Shown here in pieces: positions 51,253 through 61,945 of a stretch of 64,000 nt of DNA; position 1 is the first letter of the stretch; each line of letters starts with the position of its first letter. The DNA is from Clostridia bacterium (GTDB lineage: Bacteria; Bacillota; Clostridia; UBA1212; DUPL01): the NCBI GenBank assembly GCA_050951325.1, contig JBMNIW010000003.1:1-64000 (forward strand), written 5' to 3'. The notes beneath the pieces were generated by a model that did no database searches, had not been told where the DNA came from, and saw only the letters and a list, made by a program, of their open reading frames with translations. Both the position numbers and the translations under genes were made by a program.

Positions 51253-51362
51253 ATTACAATATAGAATTATATCACACAAATGTCAATTGTACAAGCAATA
51301 TTTTTTCGTGTGCCTATCCCTACATAATATTATAACTCATTTCCATCACCTGTCAATTGGTG

Positions 51363-51397
51363 CAACCAAAGTTAACAAAATCTGTTACATATGGTTG
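51363..51397. promoter_or_regulatory. Inverted repeat, likely operator of the XRE regulator
   Basis: CAACCAAAGTTAACA-5 bp-TGTTACATATGGTTG (11/15 symmetric) ~50 bp upstream of the XRE gene. Confidence 0.5.
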
Positions 51398-51448
51398 GTT
51401 TCAATAATAAACAATTTATTGTATTATACAGACAGGAGGTTGAAAAAT

Positions 51449-51901
51449 ATGAAAAGTATGAAAAATATTATTTCAGCAAATCTTAGATACTTGAGAAACA
51501 TACAGGGATGGTCCCAGGAAGATATTGCGGAAAAAATCGGAGTAAGCCGCCAATCAGTCGCAAAATGGGAAAACGGAGAAACCCTACCAGATATACTAAA
51601 GTGTGAAGCTTTGGCTGAACTATTCGATGTAACTCTTGATGATCTGGTACGTTACAACTCGGATGAACAAGGATTGCCCATACCACCCAAAAACAAGCAT
51701 TTTTTTGGTATTGCAACCATTGGAGAAAGAGGTCAAATAGTTTTGCCTAAGAGTGCAAGAGAAACAATGGGACTAAAACCTGGAGACAAGCTTGTCGTGC
51801 TGGGCGACACCTCCCAAAATGGCAAAGGTATTGCTTTGATTGAAAGCGATCAGTTCTTGAAAATGACCGGACAGATTGTTGATAAGATTTTTAAAGAATA
51901 A
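51449..51901 (+). CDS. XRE-family HTH regulator fused to an AbrB-like C-terminal domain
   Basis: SQEDIAEKIGVSRQSVAKWENGE; TIGERGQIVLPK..R..MGLKPGD. Confidence 0.9.
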   Translation: MKSMKNIISANLRYLRNIQGWSQEDIAEKIGVSRQSVAKWENGETLPDILKCEALAELFDVTLDDLVRYNSDEQGLPIPPKNKHFFGIATIGERGQIVLPKSARETMGLKPGDKLVVLGDTSQNGKGIALIESDQFLKMTGQIVDKIFKE

Positions 51902-51911
51902 AGGTGATAAA

Positions 51912-52658
51912 ATGATAATATTGAAGGTTGATAATCTTAGTAAAAAATATCCTGGTTTTCTTCTTGATGATATTTCTTTCTCCATATCTGAGGGGAAAAT
52001 AATGGGCCTTATTGGAAAAAACGGTGCAGGAAAATCCACGACATTGAAAGGAATGCTTAACCTTGTGAATCGCGATGGCGGTATGGTCGAAATGTTTGGT
52101 ATGGATTTTTTCAAGCATGAAGAGGAAATCAAGCAGCAACTGGGTGTGGTGCTTGGAGGTATTGACTTTTACAACCATAAAAAACTTTCCGATATAACCG
52201 CTGTTACAAAAAGATTCTATAATAACTGGGATGATGATGCGTATGAGAATTATATGGAGGTCTTTTCACTAAATCCCAATAAGAAAGTAAAGGAACTATC
52301 AAGCGGCATGAAAGTAAAATACATGCTCACACTGGCCTTATCCCACAATGCAAAACTCCTTATTCTGGATGAACCCACCAGTGGACTTGATCCTGTAGCA
52401 AGGGATGACCTGCTAACACTATTCCGTCAGCTGGTAGAGAAAAAGAATATTACTGTTCTATTCTCAACTCATATAATCACAGACCTTGAAAAATGCGCAG
52501 ACTATATTACCTATATAAAAGATGGAAAACTCCTCAAAAGCGCTGAGAAGGATGAATTTATAGATTCTTTTCAATATTTGAGAGAACCAGATGAGAACAC
52601 CCGTCTTTCATTGGAGGATATTATGATAAGAACGGAAAGGAGAGAATACAATGTTTAA
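51912..52658 (+). CDS. ABC exporter ATP-binding subunit
   Basis: GKNGAGKST, LSSGM, LILDEPTSGLD. Confidence 0.92.
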   Translation: MIILKVDNLSKKYPGFLLDDISFSISEGKIMGLIGKNGAGKSTTLKGMLNLVNRDGGMVEMFGMDFFKHEEEIKQQLGVVLGGIDFYNHKKLSDITAVTKRFYNNWDDDAYENYMEVFSLNPNKKVKELSSGMKVKYMLTLALSHNAKLLILDEPTSGLDPVARDDLLTLFRQLVEKKNITVLFSTHIITDLEKCADYITYIKDGKLLKSAEKDEFIDSFQYLREPDENTRLSLEDIMIRTERREYNV

Positions 52659-53292
52659 TATGTTATATAAAGAAATCAGGCTTTCCGCCCATCCAAACCT
52701 CTTCATATTTACACTGCTTGGCATGCTGGTGATAGTGCCTGCTTATCCTTATGGAATGGTTTTCATCTTCGGATGTCTTGGTCCATATATAACCATGATG
52801 TATGGCAGGGAAACAAATGATATTTACTACACTGCCCTGCTTCCTGTAAAAAAGACAGATATTGTAAAAACAAAGTGTCTTTTATTCGTTCTTGCACAAA
52901 TGACACAAATACTGATATCCCTACCCTTTGCCATATTGAGAGTATATATCCTGCCTGATGGCAATCCTGCAGGCATTGAAGCAAATCTGGCATATTACGG
53001 TTTTGGTTTCATAATATATGCAGTATTCAACATGATATTCCTTACCACGTTCTTTAAAACTGCATATAAGGCAGGCAAAGCCTTCTTGCTTGCAATAATT
53101 CCAGCTACTTTTTGCATGATTTTGATGGAAGTTCTTGTCCACTTTCCTAAATTCAAGTGGCTTGACAGTACAAAAGCATACGATTTGCTTAAACAGAGTC
53201 CCATACTTGTTATTGGCATTGTATTCTATACCATAGTCATGTTACTAACTTACAGAGTATCTGCAAATAGGTTTAAAAAAGTTGATCTTTAA
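52651..53292 (+). CDS. ABC-2 type permease
   Basis: ~6 TM segments, LLPVKK..IV..K motif, overlaps the ATPase gene. Confidence 0.88.
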   Translation: MFNMLYKEIRLSAHPNLFIFTLLGMLVIVPAYPYGMVFIFGCLGPYITMMYGRETNDIYYTALLPVKKTDIVKTKCLLFVLAQMTQILISLPFAILRVYILPDGNPAGIEANLAYYGFGFIIYAVFNMIFLTTFFKTAYKAGKAFLLAIIPATFCMILMEVLVHFPKFKWLDSTKAYDLLKQSPILVIGIVFYTIVMLLTYRVSANRFKKVDL

Positions 53293-53359
53293 TGGTTGAC
53301 GGTAGTCGCCTTCTAATGTAATATAAGTTTCAAAAGCGACGAAAACCAGAGGTGTATAA

Positions 53360-54898
53360 ATGAAAAGAAAAATTATTATCCTTGTTCTACTGATTATTGC
53401 AATTCTAGCCACTTCATGCTCATCCAGCGTAAAACTTACGGAGAAAGACAAGGAATTCATAAGCAAATACTACACAGAGTACGAAAGCGAGCTATTTGAT
53501 ACTGAAAACATAGTTCTTTCATTTGCAGCCATGAGCGACCTCCATATAGGAGGAAAGAACCAGCCTGAAAAACTTGCAAAAGCCATAAATTTGCTTAATA
53601 AAAGGGTAAAGCCAGGTCTGGATGCTTTGTTGTTTGCTGGAGATCTTACAGATCTTACAGGTTACAAAGTACAGGAAGATGAAATCAAAATATTTAAGAA
53701 AGTTATAGATGAAAACCGGGATAAAAATACTTCAATATTATATGTCCTTGGCAACCATGATGAAAACAGCGAAGTTTCAATGAGTCCCAGCTTCTACAGA
53801 ATCTTTGGCGAATCTTTTTATAATGCTGATGTTCTTGACAAAGAAGAAATTTTCTCAGGTAGACATCACTGGATCGTAAATGGTTATCATTTTCTTGGGG
53901 CTGATTTTGACTGGAGTTCTGATGACTATGTTGGCAAGAATCTTGAATGGATTGACACAAAACTTAAGGAAATAACAGAAAAAGAGCCAAACAAACCTGT
54001 TTTTGTCACAGTTCACGCCCCAAGGAGCAATGTAGACAAAACGCTTTCCAAGTATCCGCAGGTAATATTATTGACAGGGCACACCCATCTGCCCCTCAAT
54101 TCAGACAGAGCAATAAAACAAACAACCTACACTCACCTGCATTGCGGTGGCATGTATTACTACCGTCAATATACTGTTGACGGTAAGCTTATGGAAGAAC
54201 TGGGAGAAATACATAATTTCATGCAAGGATACCTCGTGGAGGTCGACAAGAATCAGAATGTAAGAGTTATAAGAATGGATTTTTACCACGAAAAGGCCTA
54301 TGAGCCTGTGTGGATTATCCCTGCACCTAAAGAAGATAAATCTCATCTTCTATACACTGAAGTGCTTAAGGACAAGAGCAAGAGACCGTATTTCGAGGAT
54401 ACTGAAATCGATCTAAGTGACTCCTTGACATACACCTTTATAGGCAGATTCAAAACAGCAAAGACGGAAAGCACAAATCCAATTGAGCTTTATGAAATCA
54501 CTCTGTGGCAGACTGACAAGGTTGAAACAAAGTATATCTCCACCTATTATGCCATTACAGAAATTGATGATTTTCCTGATGAGTATGAATTTCGGTTCAT
54601 AAATGTTGATGCAGACACCCATGCTGTAAGCATCTCTGCCTACGACTGCCATGGAAGTTCGTCCAACAACATCCTCTACAATAAAGGCTTGTACTTTGTT
54701 GATATAAGATCCAATGTCCCTGGTAATGCAAATATTAAAGCTTACAAACAAGGAGAAAAAGTTAGAGTAAGAATAACTCCTCCTGCAGGTTACAGTATCG
54801 AGAACATAACCGCAGAAGGAATAGAGCTTGATGATTCAATGTCATTTGACATGCCGGACAACAATGTGATTATTAACGTAACTTATTCAAAAAGATAG
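53360..54898 (+). CDS. Calcineurin-like metallophosphoesterase lipoprotein
   Basis: Signal peptide with LATSC lipobox; SDLH, AGDLTD, GNHD, GHTH. Confidence 0.88.
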   Translation: MKRKIIILVLLIIAILATSCSSSVKLTEKDKEFISKYYTEYESELFDTENIVLSFAAMSDLHIGGKNQPEKLAKAINLLNKRVKPGLDALLFAGDLTDLTGYKVQEDEIKIFKKVIDENRDKNTSILYVLGNHDENSEVSMSPSFYRIFGESFYNADVLDKEEIFSGRHHWIVNGYHFLGADFDWSSDDYVGKNLEWIDTKLKEITEKEPNKPVFVTVHAPRSNVDKTLSKYPQVILLTGHTHLPLNSDRAIKQTTYTHLHCGGMYYYRQYTVDGKLMEELGEIHNFMQGYLVEVDKNQNVRVIRMDFYHEKAYEPVWIIPAPKEDKSHLLYTEVLKDKSKRPYFEDTEIDLSDSLTYTFIGRFKTAKTESTNPIELYEITLWQTDKVETKYISTYYAITEIDDFPDEYEFRFINVDADTHAVSISAYDCHGSSSNNILYNKGLYFVDIRSNVPGNANIKAYKQGEKVRVRITPPAGYSIENITAEGIELDDSMSFDMPDNNVIINVTYSKR

Positions 54899-56044
54899 TT
54901 CCAATATACTTATCGCTTCAACTCCATGCTCGAGAGGCTTGCTCCTCTCGAGTATTACATTTATGCATTCTTGTTTTTTTGTATCTTCCAAAGGGGTTGG
55001 TCTGAAGTTGTTTGCCAGAACACCCTTGAAATTAAGATCATTAGTAGATGTTATGTAGCATGGGACAACAAAGCTGTCGTCTCCTAAAACTTTCCCGCCC
55101 TTTACCGTCCATTCATGTACATATATCATGGTTTCAGGGTTTGTTGCACTTCTTGATCCTCCGAAAGCAAAGTTACCAAGACTGTATACAATATGTTTTC
55201 CTTTGTAGTTTTCAATTCCCTGAAGAAGATGAGGATGGTGTCCGACTATCAGGTCCGCTCCTTCATCTATATACAAATGAGCTACATCCCTTTGTGCTTT
55301 TGGGGGAACTTTTTCAAGTTCCTTGCCCCAATGAAGGTTGACTATTACAATATTGTCCTCTTTCTTGTTGTCCCTTATCAATGGAAGAACATCCTCGTAC
55401 CTCTCTGCCATGACATTGGTGTCTTCAACTAATATGAAGTTTGCAGCTATAAAGACAATTTCAACACCTTTTACAATAACCTTGTAAACTTCATTATGCC
55501 CTATCGGTTCAACACCATGGCTTTTAAAAGAATTCCGAGTTTCAATATACCCTTCCTCCAAGTAATCATAAGAGTGGTTGTTGGCAAGAAGTGCAATTTC
55601 TACACTTGATTCTTTTAATATGTTGGCATATTCAGGCTTTCCTCTGAAGCGCCAGGGTTTGTCCGCCTGCTTTGTATGATTTGTCAGGGTCCCCTCATAA
55701 TTAATAACAGTAATGTCGTCACTTTTGAAATAGTCAAGAACGTAATCAAAGGGGTATGTTACACTGTTTGATCTTTCATACACCTGCGGAAACAGGTCAG
55801 GCAGATCATATTCGTTTTGCATTCCAAACATGCAGTCCCCGACAAAACTTATTCTGATTGTCTGTTCGACTTCGGGCTTCTCTGTTGGCTCAAGAGTGGG
55901 AGATGGCGAAGGTGTTAATGTATGTGTAGGCAGCAAAGCATCTGTGGGCACAGGAGTTAAATTTACTCCACCTTGCCCACAGGAAGACAGTACAAATATC
56001 AAGACAATAATAATGAAAATAAATGATTTTCTTTTCATAATCAA
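54887..56044 (-). CDS. CapA (poly-gamma-glutamate synthesis protein) family lipoprotein
   Basis: LSSC lipobox, P/T linker, VGD, NYEG, ANNHSYDY, HWG.E, GHHPH, YSLGNF. Confidence 0.9.
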   Translation of the reverse strand: MIMKRKSFIFIIIVLIFVLSSCGQGGVNLTPVPTDALLPTHTLTPSPSPTLEPTEKPEVEQTIRISFVGDCMFGMQNEYDLPDLFPQVYERSNSVTYPFDYVLDYFKSDDITVINYEGTLTNHTKQADKPWRFRGKPEYANILKESSVEIALLANNHSYDYLEEGYIETRNSFKSHGVEPIGHNEVYKVIVKGVEIVFIAANFILVEDTNVMAERYEDVLPLIRDNKKEDNIVIVNLHWGKELEKVPPKAQRDVAHLYIDEGADLIVGHHPHLLQGIENYKGKHIVYSLGNFAFGGSRSATNPETMIYVHEWTVKGGKVLGDDSFVVPCYITSTNDLNFKGVLANNFRPTPLEDTKKQECINVILERSKPLEHGVEAISILELSF

Positions 56045-57006
56045 AACTCAAACTTTGTTTCTCTGATGAACATGCTGTCCAACATTTCTTTCGCATCCTT
56101 GTCTTCAAAAAGTACATTGTAAACTGCTTTTGAAATTGGCAGTTCCACATTGTACAACTCTGATAACCTTACCAATGCCTTTGCAGTGTCGACACCTTCT
56201 GCCAGCTTGTTCATCGGGATACCCTTTATATAGTTCTCACCGAACAATCTATTGTGACTGTATTCGGAGAACAGCGTAGCCTGGTAGTCGCCAAGATGGG
56301 AAAGACCGTAAGCTGTAAGTTCATTGCCTCCCATTGCCCTTACCAGCCTTGAAATCTCTCTTGCTCCTCTTGCCATAAGAGCACCTTTCAAGCCTGGCCA
56401 GTCAAAACCGTCAAGCATGCCTGCGGCAATACCCATGACGTTTTTTGCAGCAGCACCTACCTCACACCCTATTAGGTCCTGACCGTAATAGAACCTTATC
56501 AGAGTGCTGTTAAGCTCAGAAACCAAAAGCTTTGTAACCTCAATATCATCGGACCCAATAATCATGCAGCTGGGTCTGCCGTTGTAAAAGTCCTGCACAT
56601 GGCCAGGTCCCACCCAAATGGCAACCTTGTTGCCAGGACCAACCTCCTCATGGAATATCTGTGTAAGTCTTTTTCCGGTTTCACTTTCAAGACCCTTCAT
56701 ACATAAGATGAAAATTTTATCTTTAACTTCAATACGATTAACCAAGTCCTTTAAAAATGCTCTGAACTGCTGTGCCCCAATAGAAACAACAACCACTTTT
56801 GAATAACTCATCGCATATTCCAAATCATCTGTCAATTCTATATCATCAGGAAGAGTAATATAATCGTTCTTTCTTGTTTCCACAAACCTAACATAATCAC
56901 GTGTACCTTTTAGGCCGTAGAGCAGCACATCATGTTTTTTTATCGCTTGACAGTACCATGCAATGCAACTGCCCCATCTGCCACAACCAACAACTGTTAT
57001 TTTCAT
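56041..57006 (-). CDS. gpsA: NAD(P)H-dependent glycerol-3-phosphate dehydrogenase
   Basis: GCGRWG Rossmann, KGLE, AAKNVMGIAAG, GD, SHNR. Confidence 0.9.
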   Translation of the reverse strand: MKITVVGCGRWGSCIAWYCQAIKKHDVLLYGLKGTRDYVRFVETRKNDYITLPDDIELTDDLEYAMSYSKVVVVSIGAQQFRAFLKDLVNRIEVKDKIFILCMKGLESETGKRLTQIFHEEVGPGNKVAIWVGPGHVQDFYNGRPSCMIIGSDDIEVTKLLVSELNSTLIRFYYGQDLIGCEVGAAAKNVMGIAAGMLDGFDWPGLKGALMARGAREISRLVRAMGGNELTAYGLSHLGDYQATLFSEYSHNRLFGENYIKGIPMNKLAEGVDTAKALVRLSELYNVELPISKAVYNVLFEDKDAKEMLDSMFIRETKFEF

Positions 57007-57073
57007 TCTGAAAATCAATCCTTTATTCTTTTTTCATTACTATTTAGTATACCATTTTCAAGCAAAAATGCAA

Positions 57074-57742
57074 CTAATCAAACGTATATTTATCAATCAG
57101 CTTGTCAGATCTTTCTTTATACTCTTCTTCAGATATTCTCCGCCAATCATACTTCTTCTTAAGGTTTTTTAATTTGCCTTCAAGAATCTCAGCATAAAAC
57201 AATTCCTTCATATCATGGATATCCTTTGCTGTAAAGGAAAGCAGTATGAAATATCCTGCAAATGGAGTCAGCATAATTCCGCTTGTAGAATATTCAATTG
57301 TAGATAAAATTATGGTTGTCCAACCCAATATATTTGCTAATACTACATCTTCAAAATCATGTAGAACTATATACAAAGACAACAACAGACAAAAAGACAG
57401 AATTGTAGTAGCAAGGTTGTCCGAACAGACATAAGATTCATTGTATTTCATGCAATATGTCACATTACGCATAATAATTGTTGCGCTCATAAGTCCCCAC
57501 GAAGCAATCAGACAACACTTCCTGTACAACATGTTCAAGAGCAGTATGCAAAAAGCAATAATGAGCAAAAGACTTGTTATATAACAAGCACTTGTTAAAA
57601 AATACAGTATGAAATAGTAGATGTCTTTAACAAGTATCTTAAAATCTGCCGCACTATATAGCAATGTAGGCAAACTCCACAAAATAGCAAGTAAATAAAT
57701 ACAAATCTGTAGAAGAAGTTTAGTTTTCAAACTGGTTGTCAC
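57074..57742 (-). CDS. Membrane protein with a C-terminal SHOCT-like motif
   Basis: Several TM segments; LKNLKKKYDWRRISEEEYKERSDKLI tail. Confidence 0.7.
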   Translation of the reverse strand: MTTSLKTKLLLQICIYLLAILWSLPTLLYSAADFKILVKDIYYFILYFLTSACYITSLLLIIAFCILLLNMLYRKCCLIASWGLMSATIIMRNVTYCMKYNESYVCSDNLATTILSFCLLLSLYIVLHDFEDVVLANILGWTTIILSTIEYSTSGIMLTPFAGYFILLSFTAKDIHDMKELFYAEILEGKLKNLKKKYDWRRISEEEYKERSDKLIDKYTFD

Positions 57743-58028
57743 ATTTATCCTCCGTGTTTGTTTCGAATGTTTGCTCCCTAATTTCTAATAACTGCAAAAT
57801 TCTTTCATTTGATTCGGCAGTTTTTTCTGCATTTTCTATGAGTTCTCCAAATCCAAAGACAAGCCATGATGCAAACAATGTACTAATAAAAACAAGAATA
57901 GCAATTAAAAATCCTTCATCATGCTCATCTGTAATGGCTTCTAAAAAAAGAATGAAAGATGCAAATATGCCTAGTGTTAGAATTAAGACAGCAATTACCT
58001 TAATTTTTGCAGAAATATTATTGAACAT
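57720..58028 (-). CDS. Small two-TM membrane protein
   Basis: MFNNISAKIK..A...FGFGELIE pattern, RBS GGAGG. Confidence 0.75.
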   Translation of the reverse strand: MFNNISAKIKVIAVLILTLGIFASFILFLEAITDEHDEGFLIAILVFISTLFASWLVFGFGELIENAEKTAESNERILQLLEIREQTFETNTEDKCDNQFEN

Positions 58029-58174
58029 ATGTACCTCCGAAAATGCCGATTGTTTTTTTCATTATATGATAAAAACCAAAATAGTCAAGTATTAGAAATT
58101 TACTCGTCTTGCAATATGATAGTAATGCTGTTAAAATATATCCGATGCCTACTAAAGGAGCCTGGAGGGTACAA

Positions 58175-59143
58175 ATGAGATTACAAAAGATAGCATCAGG
58201 AATTGCAATTTTCTTCGCAGCAATAATTTATGTAGTATTCGCTCCACAAACGGTTTATTCGGATACGGTGGGATTCGAATCCGCCAAACTTTTGAGCGAA
58301 CTTGGCATCTTTTACATAGACAAAGACATGAGCGACAAGGAACTTTCCGATTTCCTAAAAGAAAAATCCACCAAGGCAATTGCATACAATCTGGCTTTTG
58401 GTCTAACCGGGGCTGTCAAAGATCCATACACTGGATTAATTGACGCAAGTTTTTCGCTACGCTTTTTCAAAAGCGAAAATTTGTCTGTTTACACCAATAT
58501 GCTTGATACAAGGGAATACATCTCATCCACTGAATTAAGTTCTGCCGACTGTTATAGGGTTTTTCTTGATGTGCTGGGTTATGAATCAATGAAGGGTAAG
58601 AGCAACGAGGAAGTTCTTTTGGCAGCACAAAATGCAGGCTTTGGATACTTCCAGCCGGTTGATAATAAAGAAAATATAACCAACGGAGAACTTGTGAATA
58701 CCGCCTTCGAAGCTTTATATCTTTGCGGTGTGAAGACCAAGATACCAACAATACATTCACTATCGCAAATTAATCCAGATTTGAAATCCAAAGCTGTAAA
58801 ACTTGGCATGATAGATTTGTTCCCCGAAGATATCCCCATGTTTACCGAAGGACCATACAAAACCCAGACTTTTTCTGAACTTATTGGTACGGATGTAACA
58901 ACAAATGTTAAAAAGCATGAATGGTCCGCCGAATATTTGAATGTAAATTTGGCAGGTTATGAAAATTATAAAAATAAACTTGTTAATTCCGATTGGCTAT
59001 TTGAAGTTGAATTCTACAAAGAATCGGAAGACTTTGAGGATCTTTGCGTATTGTACTATAAAGTAATTGATGGTTTGGAACACTATGTTACGCTTGTATT
59101 CAATAAAGAATCGAAAACCTTGGAACTCTGGTATGCTTATTAA
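58175..59143 (+). CDS. Secreted hypothetical protein
   Basis: Start MRLQK behind GGAGGG; N-terminal signal-peptide-like segment. Confidence 0.7.
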   Translation: MRLQKIASGIAIFFAAIIYVVFAPQTVYSDTVGFESAKLLSELGIFYIDKDMSDKELSDFLKEKSTKAIAYNLAFGLTGAVKDPYTGLIDASFSLRFFKSENLSVYTNMLDTREYISSTELSSADCYRVFLDVLGYESMKGKSNEEVLLAAQNAGFGYFQPVDNKENITNGELVNTAFEALYLCGVKTKIPTIHSLSQINPDLKSKAVKLGMIDLFPEDIPMFTEGPYKTQTFSELIGTDVTTNVKKHEWSAEYLNVNLAGYENYKNKLVNSDWLFEVEFYKESEDFEDLCVLYYKVIDGLEHYVTLVFNKESKTLELWYAY

Positions 59144-59718
59144 GCATTCTTGAGTTTTCTTTTTACCCTTTGCAATGCATTGTCAATAGCCTTGGGGTCC
59201 TTGTTTAATGTGCCTGCAATGCTTGCATATGAATCCCCATTAAGAAACATAATAAGGACCTGTTTTTCAAAATCACTAAGAAGTGTGTCTATCTTTTGTT
59301 TAAATATCTCAGTCGATTCCTTGCTTATCGCAATCTCCTCAGGGTTTGACAAATCCGAAGTGGTAAGACAATCCATATCACAGTCGTCATCATTCTCCTT
59401 GTAAATCGATACATAAGAATTAAGAGGCAGGTGTTTAAGCCTGTTTGCTGATTTAACAGCGCTTATCACCTGTCTCTTTATACAAATTTCCGCATATTTT
59501 CCGAAATTGACATTCTTGCCCGGGACAAACGACAGTATAGCCTTGTACAAGCCTATCATACCTTCCTGCAGCAAATCCTCGCCATCAGCTCCGGTTAGAA
59601 AATAAGCTCTTGTAACAGTCCTGACAAGACTTTTGTACTTAACCAACAAAGATTCCATATGCTGGTCGCTGCCCTGTTGAGCAAGCATTACCAATTTTTC
59701 GTCATTCATAGATATCAA
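59140..59718 (-). CDS. sigH: RNA polymerase sigma factor SigH
   Basis: EDLLQEGMIGLYKAI, KHLPLNSYVS, KAIDNALQRVKRKL. Confidence 0.93.
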   Translation of the reverse strand: MISMNDEKLVMLAQQGSDQHMESLLVKYKSLVRTVTRAYFLTGADGEDLLQEGMIGLYKAILSFVPGKNVNFGKYAEICIKRQVISAVKSANRLKHLPLNSYVSIYKENDDDCDMDCLTTSDLSNPEEIAISKESTEIFKQKIDTLLSDFEKQVLIMFLNGDSYASIAGTLNKDPKAIDNALQRVKRKLKNA

Positions 59719-61115
59719 TCCACAATTTTCGTTCCTTCAGGAGTATCAATTATCTTGATGCCCATCTCTTTCAATTGGTCCCTGATAGCATCAGCCCTGG
59801 CATAATCCTTGTTCTTTTTAGCCTCTGCCCTAACGCGTATAAGCTCATGAACCTCTTCACTAACTTTGCTTTTTGCATTCTTCTGAGCTTCTTCCCTCTT
59901 GATAACCTGATTCTCCATATCAAGCCCCAATACATTATCAGTCTTAATAACAAAATCATATATCTTTCTACTCTTTTCGGAGTTCCTTAGCGCCTTCCAT
60001 ACAACACCCAATGCCTGAGGGATGTTCAAATCGTCATTTACAGCGTCAAGAAAATCTTTTTCAAAATCCTTAATCAACTCATCAGAAACATCATCCTGGC
60101 CTTCCTTGTGTTGCATTAATGCATCATAGAGTCTATCCAGTGCTTTGGATGCTGCTGTCAAAGCGTCAAAAGTAAAGTTTAGCTTGTTCCTGTAATGACC
60201 GTTCAGACAGAAATACCTGTAGGCAAGTGGCTCATATCCTCTTTCCTTAAGGTCCTTTATTGTGTATGTGTTGCCAAGACTTTTTGACATCTTGCCGCCG
60301 TCAACCAAAAGAAATTCGGCATGCATCCAGTACTTGACAGTCTCCTTTCCAGTCAAGGCTTCAGACTGAGCAATTTCATTCTCATGGTGTATGGGTATGT
60401 GGTCCACACCGCCAGTATGGATATCAAATTCATCACCAAGATAATCCCTTGCCATGGCAGAGCACTCGATATGCCAGCCTGGATATCCCATTCCCCAAGG
60501 GCTTGCCCATTGCATGATGTGCTCTTTCGGAGCCTTTTTCCACACTGCGAAATCTGCAGGGTGTCTCTTTTCATCATTTACAGAAACCCTCGCTCCGGCC
60601 ATCTGGTCCTCCAGGTTTATTCTAGAAAGCTTGCCGTACTCTGGAAACTTTTCAATATCAAAATATATTCCATCACTGGTTTCATAAGCATATCCCTTTT
60701 CTACCAACGATACAACAAACTCAATCATGCTTCTTATGTGTTCAGTTGCCTTCACAACAATCTCAGGTGTTTCAATGTTCAGGCTCTTTATATCATCAAA
60801 AAATACATTTGTATAATACTCTGCAATTTCTTCCGGTGTTTTTTGCTGTGCTTTTGCAGCCTTTGCCATTTTATCCTCGCCTTCATCCGCATCGGACACA
60901 AGATGGCCTACATCGGTAATATTCATTACATGCTTCAGCTTATACCCATTCAGCCTCAACACTCTTCTAAGGGTGTCCATGAAGATATATGTTCTTAAGT
61001 TGCCGATATGGGCATAATTGTACACGGTAGGACCGCAGGAATAAATTCTTACTTCGTTGCCTTCCAAAGGTTTGAATTCTTCTTTTTGTCTACTCAGTGT
61101 GTTGTATATCTTCAT
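59715..61115 (-). CDS. cysS: Cysteine--tRNA ligase
   Basis: CGPTVY, HIGN, PGWHIECSAM, KMSKS. Confidence 0.98.
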   Translation of the reverse strand: MKIYNTLSRQKEEFKPLEGNEVRIYSCGPTVYNYAHIGNLRTYIFMDTLRRVLRLNGYKLKHVMNITDVGHLVSDADEGEDKMAKAAKAQQKTPEEIAEYYTNVFFDDIKSLNIETPEIVVKATEHIRSMIEFVVSLVEKGYAYETSDGIYFDIEKFPEYGKLSRINLEDQMAGARVSVNDEKRHPADFAVWKKAPKEHIMQWASPWGMGYPGWHIECSAMARDYLGDEFDIHTGGVDHIPIHHENEIAQSEALTGKETVKYWMHAEFLLVDGGKMSKSLGNTYTIKDLKERGYEPLAYRYFCLNGHYRNKLNFTFDALTAASKALDRLYDALMQHKEGQDDVSDELIKDFEKDFLDAVNDDLNIPQALGVVWKALRNSEKSRKIYDFVIKTDNVLGLDMENQVIKREEAQKNAKSKVSEEVHELIRVRAEAKKNKDYARADAIRDQLKEMGIKIIDTPEGTKIVD

Positions 61116-61824
61116 TTTTATCTATCTCCATTTTCTGTTCATATTTCTTTTTCACGCATTCCAGTTCACTAATCTTGTGATTGAGTTCTTCAATCAATGC
61201 CTGAAGGTGTTTCTCCCTTTCCTTTATCGTTTCCATTATCTTCATCAATTCCTGATTTATAGGATCAGGAACTTTTGTATGCTCAAGTGTTTCAGAGGGA
61301 GCTACCTTCTGTCCATCCATCTTTACAATCCTCGCTTTCATTCCTGTTACAGTGCAGTTGTCAGGAACATCATTCAGAACAACAGAACCGGCACCTATCA
61401 GTGAGTTATTTCCAATCGTGACAGGACCCAGTATTTTGGCTCCTGCACCGATAAGTACATTGTCACCAACGGTTGGGTGCCTTTTTTTATGTTTTTGCGT
61501 ACCAGTTCCGCCCAGAGTTACCTGATGATATATCGTACAGTTGTTCCCTATTTCAGCCGTCTCGCCTATTACTACACCATTCCCATGGTCAATAAACAAT
61601 CCTTCACCGATTTTTGCGCCAGGATGTATTTCAATTCCAGTTTTTCTACTTGCTCTTTGTGACAAGTATCTTGCTATAAAATACATCTTGTGTCTATAGA
61701 AGAACGATGAAAATCTATGATATAAAAGAGCCTTGAAACCTGGATATAGAAGGATAACTTCCAAGGTGCTTCTAGCAGCAGGATCTCTTTTATATATTGA
61801 CTTTGCATCTTTTAATAATCCCAC
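61090..61824 (-). CDS. cysE: Serine O-acetyltransferase
   Basis: RDPAA, GIEIHPGA, FIDHG, VTLGGTG, RHPT; GTG start at 61824 behind AGGAGG. Confidence 0.95.
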   Translation of the reverse strand: MGLLKDAKSIYKRDPAARSTLEVILLYPGFKALLYHRFSSFFYRHKMYFIARYLSQRASRKTGIEIHPGAKIGEGLFIDHGNGVVIGETAEIGNNCTIYHQVTLGGTGTQKHKKRHPTVGDNVLIGAGAKILGPVTIGNNSLIGAGSVVLNDVPDNCTVTGMKARIVKMDGQKVAPSETLEHTKVPDPINQELMKIMETIKEREKHLQALIEELNHKISELECVKKKYEQKMEIDKNEDIQHTE

Positions 61825-61841
61825 AAAAATCCTCCTATTAT

Positions 61842-61885
61842 TATAATTGTGAATACAATTATACAACATGGTACATGTAAAGTAA
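61842..61885 (-). promoter_or_regulatory. cysE promoter overlapped by a perfect 9-bp inverted repeat
   Basis: TTTACT-17 bp-TATAAT; TATAATTGT-ATTC-ACAATTATA at 61842-61863. Confidence 0.6.
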
Positions 61886-61924
61886 AGAATAAACCGGATG
61901 AAACATAAGTTTAGTTTCATCCGG
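61886..61924 (-). terminator. Terminator after 6S RNA
   Basis: CCGGATGAAAC-9 nt-GTTTCATCCGG followed by TTTATTCTTT. Confidence 0.8.
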
Positions 61925-61945
61925 CCAGACATAAACAGAAGAAAA

